Made by a program: the position numbers and the translations under genes. A stretch of DNA of 64,000 nucleotides, taken from positions 2,528,001 to 2,592,000 of the forward strand of contig OY969706.1 in the NCBI GenBank assembly GCA_963702095.1, given 5' to 3'. Origin of the DNA: Candidatus Bathyarchaeota archaeon (GTDB lineage Archaea > Thermoproteota > Bathyarchaeia > Bathyarchaeales > Bathycorpusculaceae). A model generated the notes under the pieces. That model saw only the letters and a list, made by a program, of their open reading frames with translations, did no database searches and was not told where the DNA came from. This document shows positions 28,063 through 39,522 of the stretch, in pieces; positions within the stretch are counted from its first letter, which is position 1, and each line of letters starts with the position of its first letter.

Positions 28063-29462
28063 TTAAATGTACGCGGTCAGCCAGAGGTCTGCAGCTACAA
28101 ACACAGTGTCGCCCGCTTTGACTGGCGGCAGTACATAGTGGTCATAGTTTGTGCAGTCTATCAGGTTGCCCGCTTGCGCATTGAACTTCCAAAGCGACGT
28201 GTTCTCCGTCAAGAAAACAGTACCTCTGTTAACAACCAATCCCACGGGTGGATCGTAGAAAACGCCGCTGGCCTCCATCGGTGTAGACCAGAGCAAATTG
28301 CCGTTTGCCAAATCTAGGCTGCAGACGGTACCCGTGTAGGTATCATGCTTGTCACCGCTGTTGGTGCCAAGTTGGTGGGTGACGCCAAAGCTCCAGTACA
28401 AGCTGCCGTTATCAACCTGTATAGGATAAGTTGTGAGGGTTATGTTGCCGCCGTTGACTGTGGGTATGAGGTTTTGGCTGTCCACATTGGTTTTCCAGAG
28501 TTGAGTGCCATCTTGGAGGTTTAGGGCATAGAGGTTGCCATCAGAAGCCCCGAAATAAAGCACGTTGCCGCTGATTTTTGGCTGGTAGATGGATGCGTCC
28601 ACATCTTTGCTCCAAAGTTGGTTGCCTGAAGCTGTATCTAAGCTTAGGATTTGGTTGATGTTCTCTATAACTACTTGCCCGTTGTAGGTGCCTATTACGC
28701 TTACTTTGTTGGCGCTATTGCCGGGCCGGTTTCAGGGTAAACTATAGGAAAATCTGTTAGGGTGATGCTGCTGTTCCAGAGGAAGGTCTGGGTTTGGAAG
28801 TTGAATTTGCTGATATAGGGTTGCGAGAAGTTGCCTGATAAAACATAAACGTAGTTGCCTTCGAAGGGGTTTCCGCCAATGGGGTAAGCGCCAACCCACC
28901 ATGTGCTGAGGTCGGTGAGGTTTCCGAAGTTTGGAGGTTCCGGGTAGCCATATGGGCGTGAAGCCTGCCACAGAAAAGCTCCTGTCGTTATATCGTGAAC
29001 ACTGACGCCGCCATCAACCGAAGCAGCAACCTTATCACTAACAATGATTTCGTCGGGTGCATGTTTTACCCAGAGGTCAGTGTTTATGTCGCCCTCGAAG
29101 CTCCATTTAAACCGACCCGTAGCTTTATCTAAGCAGCCCACAGAAGCCATCGCGGTACCCCCGTACACTCTATTGTCAGTTACTATTAGCCCAGAGGAGA
29201 AGTACCATGCTTGTGCGCTTGAGTTCCAAGTTGAAGCACCTGTACCAGCGGAAAAAGCACTTACATAGCCAGAACTGTCGTCGGTGTATACCCCGTTTTG
29301 GTCTGCAGCTAAGCCAGTGGCGAAGTTTTCGAGGGGGCGCTGCCAACCCGTCTTTGAGCCGATGGGATTGAGAGAGATGTTTGCATAGATGACCAAAGAA
29401 GAAACCACAAGGACACCGATTGCTGCTATGATGAGGACCAGTTTGACTCGCCCATTCATCAA
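28063..29462 (-). CDS. PQQ-like beta-propeller membrane-anchored protein (frameshifted near 28727)
   Basis: ORFs 28701-29462 and 28063-28602 join if one base is added at ccgggccggt (...YPETxPGNSANKVSVIGTY...LWSKDVDASIYQP). Confidence 0.75.
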
Positions 29463-29661
29463 CGTTCACCTGTCGCCCCCCATTGTTGGCGTCGCTTAAA
29501 TGGTTTTGCCGATTAGCACAAGTAAGCATAGCAGTGGACTTTAGCGAAGTTGGATGCATGGGACAAGCTGAATGGGTTGAAAATATCAAGCCAGCACTGG
29601 TTAATAGACAGTTTAGAGAAATCTTTACATCCCTCACATCATCATTTAGGTATCAGACCGC

Positions 29662-31147
29662 TTGGAGGACACATCCGCAGTGAGCATCCTATCCCACGAC
29701 ACGTTTTGGAACGCAATCGTCACCATGCCGATGACCAAGCGGATGCTTCAACTCTCACTCAAAAAGTGTCCAGCTTGCGGCAGAACCGTTTTGGAAGCGG
29801 CGCTGGATGATTACGGCGGCAAAACAGACCATAAATGCGACAAATGCAGAGGATTGTACTCGCAAATCATCGCTTTTTGGATAGAGTTCCTGCGCCGGGC
29901 GCTTGGGTTTAAGCGGGCTAAAGTCGAGAAGCTCCTATCTGACCGCTATGCTCGCAACGCCGTCCTTAACCTCGTCGAGTCGTTCGAATACTTTGGCATC
30001 AAGAAGCCTATGTCACTGGTTGCCCCGTTTCTTGTAGTTTGGGATTTCACCCACAAATGCAACCTCCGCTGTAAGCACTGCTACAGCAACAGCGGCGAAC
30101 CCGACGAAGGCGAATTAACCACCGAGCAGGCGCTAAACGTCGTTGACCAGTTGGCGGATGCGCATGTGACGGCGTTGGCGTTTAGTGGCGGTGAACCCTT
30201 AACCCGCAAAGATTTCTTCGCCGTTGCCAAGCATGCTTCTGACCGAGGACTGTATGTGTCGCTTGCCTCAAACGGCACCCTGCTCAACAGCGAAAACGTG
30301 CAGAAACTCAAAGAAGCTCACGTCAACTACATCGACATATCAATCGACGGCGCAACCGCCAAAACCCACGACGAATTCCGAGGAGTCCCAGGCGCCTACG
30401 ACCGCGCCGTTGCGGGGCTTAAGAAATGCATTGAAGCCGACATCTGCGCCTGCATCGCCACCACCGTGGGCAAAAATAACAGGGCAGAGCTCCCCGGCAT
30501 CATCGACTTAGCCGAGGAGTTGCGGGTGGAGCGGTTTACTTACTTCAATTTCATCCCTGCTGGACGCGGCAAAGACTACGTTGACCAAGACCTCTCCGCT
30601 CAAGAACGCGAAGACGTCATGCACTACCTTCTCAATCGCATGTCGGCTGGCTGCAAAACCACAATCTTAGCCACGGCGCCCCAACTGGCACGCGTAGCCG
30701 CACAATGCCAAGGCGACATGGGCACAGGCGAAGTCACAATGGCACTGGCGCACATGCAAACCGTCAAAGTCACCAAAAAAGCCGTGCCACTGGGAGAATT
30801 CATCGGCGGTTGCGGAGCGGGCAGGCTCTACTGCGCCATCTGCCCACAAGGCGACGTGCGCCCCTGTGTATTCCTCCCCGTCAACGTGGGCAACCTCAAA
30901 AAGCGAACATTCGAAGACATCTGGCTTAACCGCCCCACTGTTTAACGCTTTCCGAAACCGAGCCAACCTCAAAGGCAGCTGCAGCAAATGCCAATACAAG
31001 TATATCTGCGGCGGTTGCCGAGCACGTTCAGCGGCTTACCACAACGGCGACACCTTAAACGGCGATCCAGGCTGCCTTAAACGGAGTGAAAATAGCAAAT
31101 GGCAGCTAATCCCACCGTTAAGATTAGCCGTGCAGGCGAAGACGTAA
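29662..31147 (+). CDS. radical SAM/SPASM protein, GMGT-synthase (Gms)-like (frameshifted near 30930)
   Basis: N-terminal CPAC...CDKC, APFLVVWDFTHKCNLRCKHCY, LAHM...EFIGGCGAGRLYC, PCVF; the SPASM end CSKCQYKYICGGCRAR...DPGC continues in another frame. Confidence 0.7.
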
Positions 31148-32056
31148 GCGACATCATAAAAGAAGCCGTCGCAAAGGCTAATCTCGCGTGGCAAAAAACG
31201 CATCTTCATAAAACCCAACCTCAGCCACCCTGAATACCTCCCAGGCGTAGTCACCAGCCCCGAAGTCATGCAACAAGTCGTGGAGCTACTGCGGGACTGC
31301 AACAGCGAAGTGGTTGTGGGCGAATCTAACGGTTTCAACTATCCCTGCTGGACCGCGTTTGATAAAACGGGCGTGCAGAAAGCCGTTGAAGCCGCAGGTG
31401 GAGTCGCAGTCAACCTCTCTGAGGACAAGGTGGTTGAAGTCAAGTTCCCAGACGGCTGCCCACTCAAAAGGCTCTACCTCCCCAAAACCGTGCTGGACGC
31501 CGACGCCGTCGTCGATTTACCCCTGATGAAAACCCATGAGTTTATGGCTTACAGCGGCGCCATCAAAAACCTCTTCGGCTGCGTTCCCAGCAACAAACGC
31601 ATCTACTTGCATCCGTATTTGCCAGAGGTGTTCTACCGTCTCTACACACTGTTTAAGCCTGCCCTGACGATCATGGATGCACGCATAGGCATTGAGGGCA
31701 ACGGACCCACCAAAGGCAAACCAGTCAAAATGGACCTATTCCTCACAGGCAACGACGCCTTAGCAGTCGACATAGTCGCCGCAGAAGCTATGATGCTTGA
31801 TTGGCAGAAAACCTACCTCAAATACATCGCCGACAAAACAGGCTTCGATGGCGACAACATCGCAGTGGAGGGCTTGCAGGTGGCTGAAGTTGCACACCGC
31901 TTTGAACCTCCCCGCATCGACCTGCCCGTTAAAGCGCAGATGATGATTTACCAGCATGAATTCCTAACAAAATTCTTCTTCTGCTCCCTCGACATCGTGC
32001 ATCTGTTCCAACGAATAACTCTGGCTTACAGAAAAGAGCCGATGCAGACCGCGTAG
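31099..32056 (+). CDS. DUF362 domain protein (frameshifted near 31187)
   Basis: ATG at 31099 after GGAGTG; IFIKPNL, VVTSP, GES, P.MKTH, GAIKNLFG, EGNGP, D.LAVD motifs. Confidence 0.8.
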
Positions 32057-32073
32057 AATTTAGACTATACTTC

Positions 32074-32415
32074 TTACTCTTTCATTTCAGCTAAAACTTC
32101 AAACATCAAAAGGCGCACTGCAGGCAAACGCTCCTTAATCGTCTTCCAAACAACATCTAACTGTACGCCGAAGTATCCATGGATTAGTTTGTCTCTCATC
32201 CCCGCCATATCTCTCCATGGTACTTTGGGATAAGTTTGCCTGACAGCTAAGGGTATTTGCTTTGTTGCTTCGCCGATAACCTCAAAATTTCGAATGACCG
32301 CGTCAATGGTTTTTCTATCCTTAACAAAGTCGTCGTAGGTTAAGTCTTTAGTGTATGCTTCTATGCTGTTTATGGCGTCGATTATATCTTCAAGGTACAC
32401 TTGGAAGTCTCTCAA
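32074..32415 (-). CDS. hepT: HEPN/DUF86 RNase toxin
   Basis: [13 protein letters not shown] and RDKLIHGY (RX4HXY) motifs. Confidence 0.92.
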   Translation of the reverse strand: MRDFQVYLEDIIDAINSIEAYTKDLTYDDFVKDRKTIDAVIRNFEVIGEATKQIPLAVRQTYPKVPWRDMAGMRDKLIHGYFGVQLDVVWKTIKERLPAVRLLMFEVLAEMKE

Positions 32416-32705
32416 ACGTAGACAGCCTCGCTTAGGATTCTCTCTTTGAGGCGAGGTTTAATCCCATCCTTCATGACCAAGTCAACTTTGACCCCTAAAA
32501 GGTCGCTTAAGTAATTCTCAAGCTCAACAAACGTGAAAAGGTCAATGGTTTCCCTAAAGGTAACCAAAACATCAACATCGCTTTTGCTTGTTTGTTCATT
32601 CCTAACGTAAGAACCGAAAATCCCAATTTCATCAACCTTATAATTTTTCTTCAATTCTTCTTTATTTGAAGCCAAGGCTGCTTTTAATTTCTCTATTGTA
32701 GGCAT
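32412..32705 (-). CDS. mntA: minimal nucleotidyltransferase antitoxin
   Basis: [16 protein letters not shown] (GSX10DXD); overlaps the HEPN start. Confidence 0.92.
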   Translation of the reverse strand: MPTIEKLKAALASNKEELKKNYKVDEIGIFGSYVRNEQTSKSDVDVLVTFRETIDLFTFVELENYLSDLLGVKVDLVMKDGIKPRLKERILSEAVYV

Positions 32706-32778
32706 TTTCAGTCGAGATACAGTTAGGCTATTTTCCTATTAAAGATTGACACCGAAATCCGTTTGGCACTAATTCCGA

Positions 32779-33976
32779 TTAGCTGAGGGCTTCATCGTAG
32801 ACTTTCATTGCGTCTTTTACCACAATGCGCCAGTCCAGTTCTTGCTCAACGGTCTGCCGTGCTTTCTTCCCCATCTCCGCTGCCTCCACGGGGTGCTCCA
32901 GCAGGTAGAGGATGCGGTCAGAGAACTGCTTCGAATTAAACGGCTGGACCAGCAAGCCGTTTTTGCCGCTCTGGATAGTTTCTGGTATGCCGCCCACAGT
33001 CGTCGTCACCACCGGCAAACCAGTCGCCAACGCCTCTAACACAGCAAAGGGGTGGTGCTCGTAGAAGGTGCTAAAAGCGAAGACATCGGCGGCTTGGTAG
33101 AGCAGGGGCAGTTTCTTGTCAGGATAGTAACCTGTGAAGACGATGTTGCCGATTACGCCGAGGCGGGTGGCGTGGGCGGTGAGTTTAGCCATTTCGTCGC
33201 TTTGTCCCTTGCCAGAGATGATGAATTTGGCGTTGGGGAAACGCTTGACGACGGCGGGCATGCTCTCGATTAGGGTGAAGCAGGCCTTTGCGTGCGTAGA
33301 GTCGTCCGACGGAGACGATGGCGATGTCGTCTGGGTTGAAGCCTAACTCTGCCTTAACTTTACTTTTGTCGGCGGCTGGCTGGAACTTTTTGATGTCTAC
33401 GCCGTTGTGGATGACTTTGATTTTGTGTGCGGGTATTTTGTAGTAGTTGGTGAGTTCCCATTTGGTGAAGTGGCTGACCGCAATGATCTTCCGCGCCCGA
33501 TGAAGCATGCCTTCCTCAAAGAACCGCAGGAACCTGTTGAAGCTGACAAGGAACTTTTCGTTGGCGTTGAGCCGCAGGTAGGGTTCGCTTCGGATGGCTT
33601 CGGCTTCGCCCTTCCATGTGGAGTGCACCGTGCAGACCAACGCTTTGCCAAAGTTGGGCGGAACCGCAAAATTGGGCGTCAAAGGCAACTGCGGATGCAC
33701 TATGTCGATGTCCGCGGTGTCTTTGACGGATTGGAGTTTGCGGCTGCTTGTCTGCGCCAACATAAACGATTTGACAATGGGAATCTTGGGGATTTTCAAG
33801 AACGAAACGTCAAGCTGCGAGTTAACATGCACGTCTTTGGGCTGGTTTGCGCCTGTCACCACGTAGATTCGGTGGCCATTTTTGAGGAGTTCGCTGCTGA
33901 GGTAGTAGACATAGCTGCCTGTACCACCGGTGAGGGGCCAGTATTCGGGGCTGATAAAGCAGATTTTGGGCTGCAT
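32779..33976 (-). CDS. GT4 family glycosyltransferase (frameshifted near 33280)
   Basis: EYWP..GG, HNGVD, GRLYARKGL then [FTLIES]MP...EHHPFAVLEALATG in the next frame. Confidence 0.85.
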
Positions 33977-34965
33977 TAGCGGTTGCTCCCTGTCAGGTAT
34001 GTAAGGGTGGTTGCGACGGCGCCGTCAAACCATGCGCCTGAACGGACAAAGTAGAGCACAATCAGCCGTAGCGCCGACCAATCATGGAATTTAGCTGAAA
34101 CCTTATCGGCTGAATAAGTAAAGTAAACCAACATACCCAGCAAAATCGCGAACGGACCAAACCAAAGAAGCCTAAGCAACGGCACAATCCCCAAGAAAAA
34201 CAGCACCACAGCCGTAAGCAGCAGAATCGGCTGGATGTTCATGCCGACATCGGTGATTTCATCTCCCTTTGCCAGCCGCCCATGTTTGAAGTAGAGTTTA
34301 AGCGTGTTCTTGCCGTACTGCAACTGCTGACGATAATACGCCTTAAGCGTGGGGCGGTTGTAGTGGTAGCAGACCGCGGTGGGTTCATAAGCGATTTTGT
34401 AGCCTCTGGCAGCGATTCGGTAGCCGAAGTCAGTGTCGTATTGGCTCGGCAAATTCTCATCCCAACCTCCAGCCTCGTCGATCACCGATTTTTTAAGCAG
34501 CAAATTCATGGTGGCAATGCGCCCTGTGTATTTGCCTATGCGGCGGTAGCGGTTTTTAATTTCATAGCCGATGCTACGTGCCCATGGATTGTTGTTGTTC
34601 CAGGTTTCGATGCTGCCGCTGACTCCAGCGACCTGCTGCTCGTTTAGGTGGGGCACGACTTTTTTTAGCCAGTCACGTTCAACTTTTGCGTCTGAGTCAA
34701 TGAAGCCTAAAATGGGGTGAGCGGCGATTTTTTGGGCATAGTTGTAGGCTGCGGGGGCGTTGAGGCGGATGGAGATGACTCTTATGGGGAACTGCTGGGC
34801 GATTTTAACCGTGGTATCGCGGCTGACGCCGTCCATAACGATGACTTCAAAGTAGCCCTCGGGGTAATCGAGCGCCAGAATCGATTTGAGGCATTCTTCG
34901 ATGGTGTCTTGGTTGTTGTAGGACGCCACTATAATCGAAACCTTGGGGTAATCAACGTCAGCCAT
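33976..34965 (-). CDS. GT2 glycosyltransferase with C-terminal TMs
   Basis: VSIIVASYN, DGVSRD, FIDSD, GGWDE, YDTD, RQQLQY. Confidence 0.88.
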   Translation of the reverse strand: MADVDYPKVSIIVASYNNQDTIEECLKSILALDYPEGYFEVIVMDGVSRDTTVKIAQQFPIRVISIRLNAPAAYNYAQKIAAHPILGFIDSDAKVERDWLKKVVPHLNEQQVAGVSGSIETWNNNNPWARSIGYEIKNRYRRIGKYTGRIATMNLLLKKSVIDEAGGWDENLPSQYDTDFGYRIAARGYKIAYEPTAVCYHYNRPTLKAYYRQQLQYGKNTLKLYFKHGRLAKGDEITDVGMNIQPILLLTAVVLFFLGIVPLLRLLWFGPFAILLGMLVYFTYSADKVSAKFHDWSALRLIVLYFVRSGAWFDGAVATTLTYLTGSNR

Positions 34966-34966
34966 A

Positions 34967-35671
34967 TCAGACAGTACCCCTTAGAATCGCCGTTAAGATT
35001 GAAAGCAATATTTTGCTGCCATCCACCAAGGGATCCACGCCTGAGCGCCCGTAAGTGCGCTGCTCAAACCTAATCGGCACCTCAGCCACTCGGAAACCAG
35101 CCTTAACGGTTTTGACAAGCATCTCAGATTCTATCTCGTATCCGCCTGACTTTAACGTTTGGCAACTGAGGACTTCACGTTTCATGGCGCGGTAGCCTGA
35201 TTGGCTGTCGGTTACAGCGACTCCTGTGAAGAGTTCGATGATGTAGTTGAAGATGCGGACGCCGAACTTGTTGAGTTTGCGCGCTTCAACCCGTTTATGG
35301 TTCATGTATCGGCTGCCAATGACCATATCCGCCCTATCCGCCAAAACGGGCGCTAAAACCTCGTGGAGTTCTTCGGGCCAATGTGAACCGTCGGAGTCTA
35401 TGGTGACTATTATGTCGCCTCTGGCTTTGGCAAACCCCGCTCGCAACGCATAGCCTTTGCCCAGATGCTTACGAAGAGAATACACTCTCACCCTTCGATG
35501 AAGCGCCACTTCAAGAGACCGGTCAAAAGAAAGGTCGTTTACAACGATTATCTCGTAGGGGCAACCGATTTGTCCTGCTGCGTCTTTGGCGCGGTCAATG
35601 ATGTTGCCTACGGTTAATTCCTCGTTGTAGACGGGAATTATGATGGAAAGCAGCATTTGACGTTTGCCCAT
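34967..35671 (-). CDS. GT2 glycosyltransferase (DPM-synthase-like)
   Basis: SIIIPVYNE, GKG.A, DSDGSH, GSRY, DSQSGYRA. Confidence 0.9.
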   Translation of the reverse strand: MGKRQMLLSIIIPVYNEELTVGNIIDRAKDAAGQIGCPYEIIVVNDLSFDRSLEVALHRRVRVYSLRKHLGKGYALRAGFAKARGDIIVTIDSDGSHWPEELHEVLAPVLADRADMVIGSRYMNHKRVEARKLNKFGVRIFNYIIELFTGVAVTDSQSGYRAMKREVLSCQTLKSGGYEIESEMLVKTVKAGFRVAEVPIRFEQRTYGRSGVDPLVDGSKILLSILTAILRGTV

Positions 35672-35754
35672 TTTATCTTAACCTCCAATGGAAGACCTTA
35701 TAAAGTTTGGCTACCCCAACCTTGTAAGCAATCAAATGGGACAACTGGGATAAA

Positions 35755-36309
35755 ATGCAGACCGCAACCGCCGCCAAAGCTTATTCTGACCGGAAAGTAT
35801 GGTTTTCCATGTGGTTCCTCGGTGCAGTCGTCACCTTCGGCTTGGCTTTTTTCCCCATGTTCTACCGGCTGGTGGATGGCCGAAACAGGCACCTCTGCCA
35901 CGAAGAAGAGTTTGAGCAGCACATAGGCGCATACCTCAAGAGCCAAGGCAAAACGCCCCCTGCACCGACGGTGCCGTTTAAGCAGCGCAACGCCAAGCTG
36001 TGGGCTGCAAGCATCATCCTAATCATCCCCGCATTCGTCCTACTCTACCATTTATCAAAAGACGTAGCCGCCCATGAACAGCAGCAAGACGCCTACCTCG
36101 CGGCTGCCCTTCCAGAACGCGTCTTCATGCCGCAGACCATACCGTTAACCACTTATGTATTGCTTACAATTGTAACGTTGGGCGTCGGAGGCGTGTACTG
36201 GCTCTATAAACTCGTCAACCTGTATAACGCCCACTACAAGGCTCACCTAGCGGTTGAAAAAGAGTTGAGCCGTCTGATGGAGGAACAACAAAGTGTCCAG
36301 CACATGTAA
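35755..36309 (+). CDS. DUF4234-like membrane protein
   Basis: Duplicated [L..VT.G....YW/F.Y.L....N.H...] hydrophobic units. Confidence 0.6.
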   Translation: MQTATAAKAYSDRKVWFSMWFLGAVVTFGLAFFPMFYRLVDGRNRHLCHEEEFEQHIGAYLKSQGKTPPAPTVPFKQRNAKLWAASIILIIPAFVLLYHLSKDVAAHEQQQDAYLAAALPERVFMPQTIPLTTYVLLTIVTLGVGGVYWLYKLVNLYNAHYKAHLAVEKELSRLMEEQQSVQHM

Positions 36310-37411
36310 AAAACGCAGGTTCGTCAGCCACGGCGGCGACATCTGGGGATTTAGCAGAAAACACAACATTCCCCTAGAAGAAGTGCTGGAGTTCAGCGGC
36401 CCCATCAACTTTATGGGTCCACCGCCCAAAGCCGTAGAAGCCGTTAAAGAGAATGCCCGTTTAATCAAGTTTTATCCTGACCCAAACCCTGTGGAATTCA
36501 AAGAAAAAATCGCAGAGTACATAGGGCACGGAGTGGAAGCCGAAAACCTGCTGCTGGGCAATGGTTCCATCGAACTCATCTACATGATTACCGAGATACT
36601 GCCAGAGCATTTCAAAGCTGTAATTCCAGTCCCGTCCTTCTCAGAATACGAAAAAGCCACACTGCGAGTCGGCGGAGAAGTCACCTTCGTCCAATTGCCA
36701 GCCGATTTCTCTTTGGAAACTGAGAAAATCAAAGCCGCCGTAGCAGAGGACACCAAAATCATGTGCCTCTGCAACCCCCACAGCCCTTCAGGCACACTGT
36801 ACAGTAAAAAAGCAGTAATGGAGCTGGTGGATTTCTGCCAGAAAAAAGACATAATCTTCAGCATCGACGAGAACTACATAGAGTTCGCACAGGAAGGCGA
36901 CAAAAACACTGTCGTAGGCATTGTTAAGGACTACGAGAACCTCTTTGTCATCCGCAGTGTCACCAAGTTTTATGGTTTGGCGGGGTTGCGTTTCGGCTAC
37001 GCCGTCGCCGCAGGTTCCCTCATCGAAAAGCTTGAGGCGATGCGGCAGCCGTGGAGCATCAACGGCTTAGCTCAAGTCGCCACGCTAGGCGCTTTCGGCG
37101 ATACTGAATTCATAGAGGGCACCAAAGCAACCATCACTAAGAACCGCGCTGAACTGGCGAAGGCCTTGGGCGAGATTGAAGGCTTACACGTTTACCCCTC
37201 AACAACCAACTTCCTGCTTGTTAAAATCCTCAACCGCAAACTAACATCCACCATGCTAAAAGAACTCCTTGCCCAAGAACGCATCCTCATACGCGACTGC
37301 TGCACATTCATGGGCATGGACGACAGCTACATCCGCATAACAGTCCGCTCAGCAAAAGACAACCAGAAGATAGTTGAAACGATAAAGCAAGTGATAGCAA
37401 AGCAGCTTTAG
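36293..37411 (+). CDS. cobD: L-threonine-O-3-phosphate decarboxylase / HisC-like PLP enzyme
   Basis: HGGD N-terminus, YPD, GNGS.ELI, CNPHSPSG, DENY, RSVTKFYGLAGLRFGY, IRDC. Confidence 0.8.
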   Translation: MSSTCKKRRFVSHGGDIWGFSRKHNIPLEEVLEFSGPINFMGPPPKAVEAVKENARLIKFYPDPNPVEFKEKIAEYIGHGVEAENLLLGNGSIELIYMITEILPEHFKAVIPVPSFSEYEKATLRVGGEVTFVQLPADFSLETEKIKAAVAEDTKIMCLCNPHSPSGTLYSKKAVMELVDFCQKKDIIFSIDENYIEFAQEGDKNTVVGIVKDYENLFVIRSVTKFYGLAGLRFGYAVAAGSLIEKLEAMRQPWSINGLAQVATLGAFGDTEFIEGTKATITKNRAELAKALGEIEGLHVYPSTTNFLLVKILNRKLTSTMLKELLAQERILIRDCCTFMGMDDSYIRITVRSAKDNQKIVETIKQVIAKQL

Positions 37412-37530
37412 AAGCAAAAAGTTCTCGCCCAATATCTGTTTCTATATCTGTAGAGGCTATATGGTCAATCGCATGGTCATTTATCAAAATATTTAATATT
37501 AACTATTTAGTTTTCGAATAGCCAGAGAAT

Positions 37531-37941
37531 GTGATGGGGCAAAAATTAAAGTTAACCCTGATTACAGGTCGAACCATAGACCAAGGCGTAGGCAAAGAAA
37601 CAGGAAAAGGCTCCAAAGAATACATAGAAACCGCTGCAATCTGCATGTTAGACCCAACAGACATGGATAAACTCGGCGCAAGAAATGGAAAAAACGTAGA
37701 AGTCACCTCCAAGTTCGGCTCAGTCGTCGTTAAAGCCCAAAGATTTCCACGCGGCGCCCACCCCGGACTGGCATTCATTCCATGTGGTTTATGGGCAAAC
37801 GCAGTCTGCGGCGACGACACCTACAGCATGGGCATGCCCCTATTCAAGGGCTTCACAGTTGAAGTCCAAGCTGCCCCAGACAAACCCATTCTAACCCTAA
37901 ATGAACTCCTAAAAGAAGAATACGGAAAAGAAATGCCATGA
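37531..37941 (+). CDS. fwdD: formylmethanofuran dehydrogenase subunit D
   Basis: LITGRTIDQG, FIP.G.WAN, GMP.FKG. Confidence 0.9.
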   Translation: MMGQKLKLTLITGRTIDQGVGKETGKGSKEYIETAAICMLDPTDMDKLGARNGKNVEVTSKFGSVVVKAQRFPRGAHPGLAFIPCGLWANAVCGDDTYSMGMPLFKGFTVEVQAAPDKPILTLNELLKEEYGKEMP

Positions 37942-39506
37942 CAGTTTTTAAGGCAGTGGTTTGCCCAATCTGCGGCTCCCTATGTGACGACCTCGAAGTA
38001 ACCGTGAAAAATAACAAGATTGTAAAAATGAAGAATGGCTGTGCCGTCTGCGAAGCAAAGATGGTGCACGGCTACAACAGTGAGGAACGGATTCTAAAAC
38101 CGATGATTCGAAAAGACGGCAAACTCATCCCTGTAACCTTGGAGGAAGCCATAAAAAAAGCCGCCCAAATCCTAACAGACGCCAAATACCCCCTGCTGTT
38201 CGGTTGGGAATGCTGCACCGGCGAAGTCCAGCACATCGGTGTAGAGTTAGCTGAGGAATTAGGTTCAGCCCTCGATAATGTCTGCAGCATCTGTCATGGA
38301 CCCTCAGTGATGGCACTTCAAGAAGCAGGTCTCCCCACTGCCACTTTAGGCCAAATCCGCCACCGAGCAGACCTCATAATCTACTGGGGAGCTAACCCCT
38401 GGGCTTCACATCCACGTCACGTTGAAAGATACACGATGTTTCCTGAGGGGCGGTTTGAGAAAAGCGAATGGAAAAGTTACATGCAAAAAGTGAAGGCGAA
38501 TGCGGGTAAACGTAAATTTGAGGCGGTCGCCCGCAGAGAAGAAATAGATTATCAGCCGCCTCCTCGCCCGCAAACATGCACGGTGGATGCGCCGCCGCAG
38601 ACAATCCATAAGATGGGACGCAAAATGATAGTTTTTGACCCCATCAAAACCATGACTGCAGAAGCCGCCGATTACTTTGTGCAGGTTGAACCAAACAAAG
38701 ACTATGAAGTAATTGAAGCCCTCAGATGCTTAGTTAACGACCAAGAAATCGACGTTGAAAAAGTCGGCGGTATCCCAGTGGATTACCTAAAAGAAATCGC
38801 GGATGCCATGGTAAACTGTGAGTTCGGCGCTATCTTTTTTGGGCTAGGCATGACGGCGTCTGCGGGCAGGTTTAGAAACGTCGAAATAGCAATCAAACTA
38901 GTCCAGGACCTCAACAAGAAAACAAAGTTTGTAATCACACCCATGAGAGGGCACTTCAACATTGCAGGCGCAAACGTGGCGTTTACCTGGCAAACCGGCT
39001 ACCCATACGCAATCGATTTTTCACAGGGGTATCCGCAGTATAATCCAGGAGAATACACAACCATCGATTTACTAAAACAGGACGATAACGATGCAACCCT
39101 TGTCATAGGAGCAGACCCAGGCGCGCATTTTCCTAAGCCGTCGATGCAGAAAATGATGAAGCACCCTACGATTGTCATTAACCCCGATTGGAACTGCACC
39201 TCAAGAGTCGGCGACGTAGTTTTTCCCACACAGTGGTGCGGCATAGAACGGGAAGGCACCGCTTACCGCATGGATACTGTGCCTATTATGCTGCGTAAAG
39301 TTGTAGAGCCGCCGCCAGGAGTCCCATGCGACGAGGAAATCCTACAGAGAATACTCGATGAAGTCAGGTTGATTAAGGCTAAACAAGACAAAAAGGCAGC
39401 GCCTAAGAAAGCCAAGGAAGTATCACTCAAAGTTGCTAGACCAAAGATGACTGCGCCGCTGATTGTAAAAGAGAGCCGAAAACAAAGAAAAAGGGCTTTA
39501 GCATAG
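37938..39506 (+). CDS. fwdB: formylmethanofuran dehydrogenase subunit B
   Basis: VCPICGSLCDD, CHGPS (Cys ligand), WGANP..SHPRH, PMRGHFN, GTAYRMD. Confidence 0.9.
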   Translation: MTVFKAVVCPICGSLCDDLEVTVKNNKIVKMKNGCAVCEAKMVHGYNSEERILKPMIRKDGKLIPVTLEEAIKKAAQILTDAKYPLLFGWECCTGEVQHIGVELAEELGSALDNVCSICHGPSVMALQEAGLPTATLGQIRHRADLIIYWGANPWASHPRHVERYTMFPEGRFEKSEWKSYMQKVKANAGKRKFEAVARREEIDYQPPPRPQTCTVDAPPQTIHKMGRKMIVFDPIKTMTAEAADYFVQVEPNKDYEVIEALRCLVNDQEIDVEKVGGIPVDYLKEIADAMVNCEFGAIFFGLGMTASAGRFRNVEIAIKLVQDLNKKTKFVITPMRGHFNIAGANVAFTWQTGYPYAIDFSQGYPQYNPGEYTTIDLLKQDDNDATLVIGADPGAHFPKPSMQKMMKHPTIVINPDWNCTSRVGDVVFPTQWCGIEREGTAYRMDTVPIMLRKVVEPPPGVPCDEEILQRILDEVRLIKAKQDKKAAPKKAKEVSLKVARPKMTAPLIVKESRKQRKRALA

Positions 39507-39522
39507 CCACACCTTCTCTTAT

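Noticed and set aside
37938-39506. Selenocysteine in FwdB
   Set aside because: The ligand codon is TGT (CHGPS) and there is no in-frame TGA.
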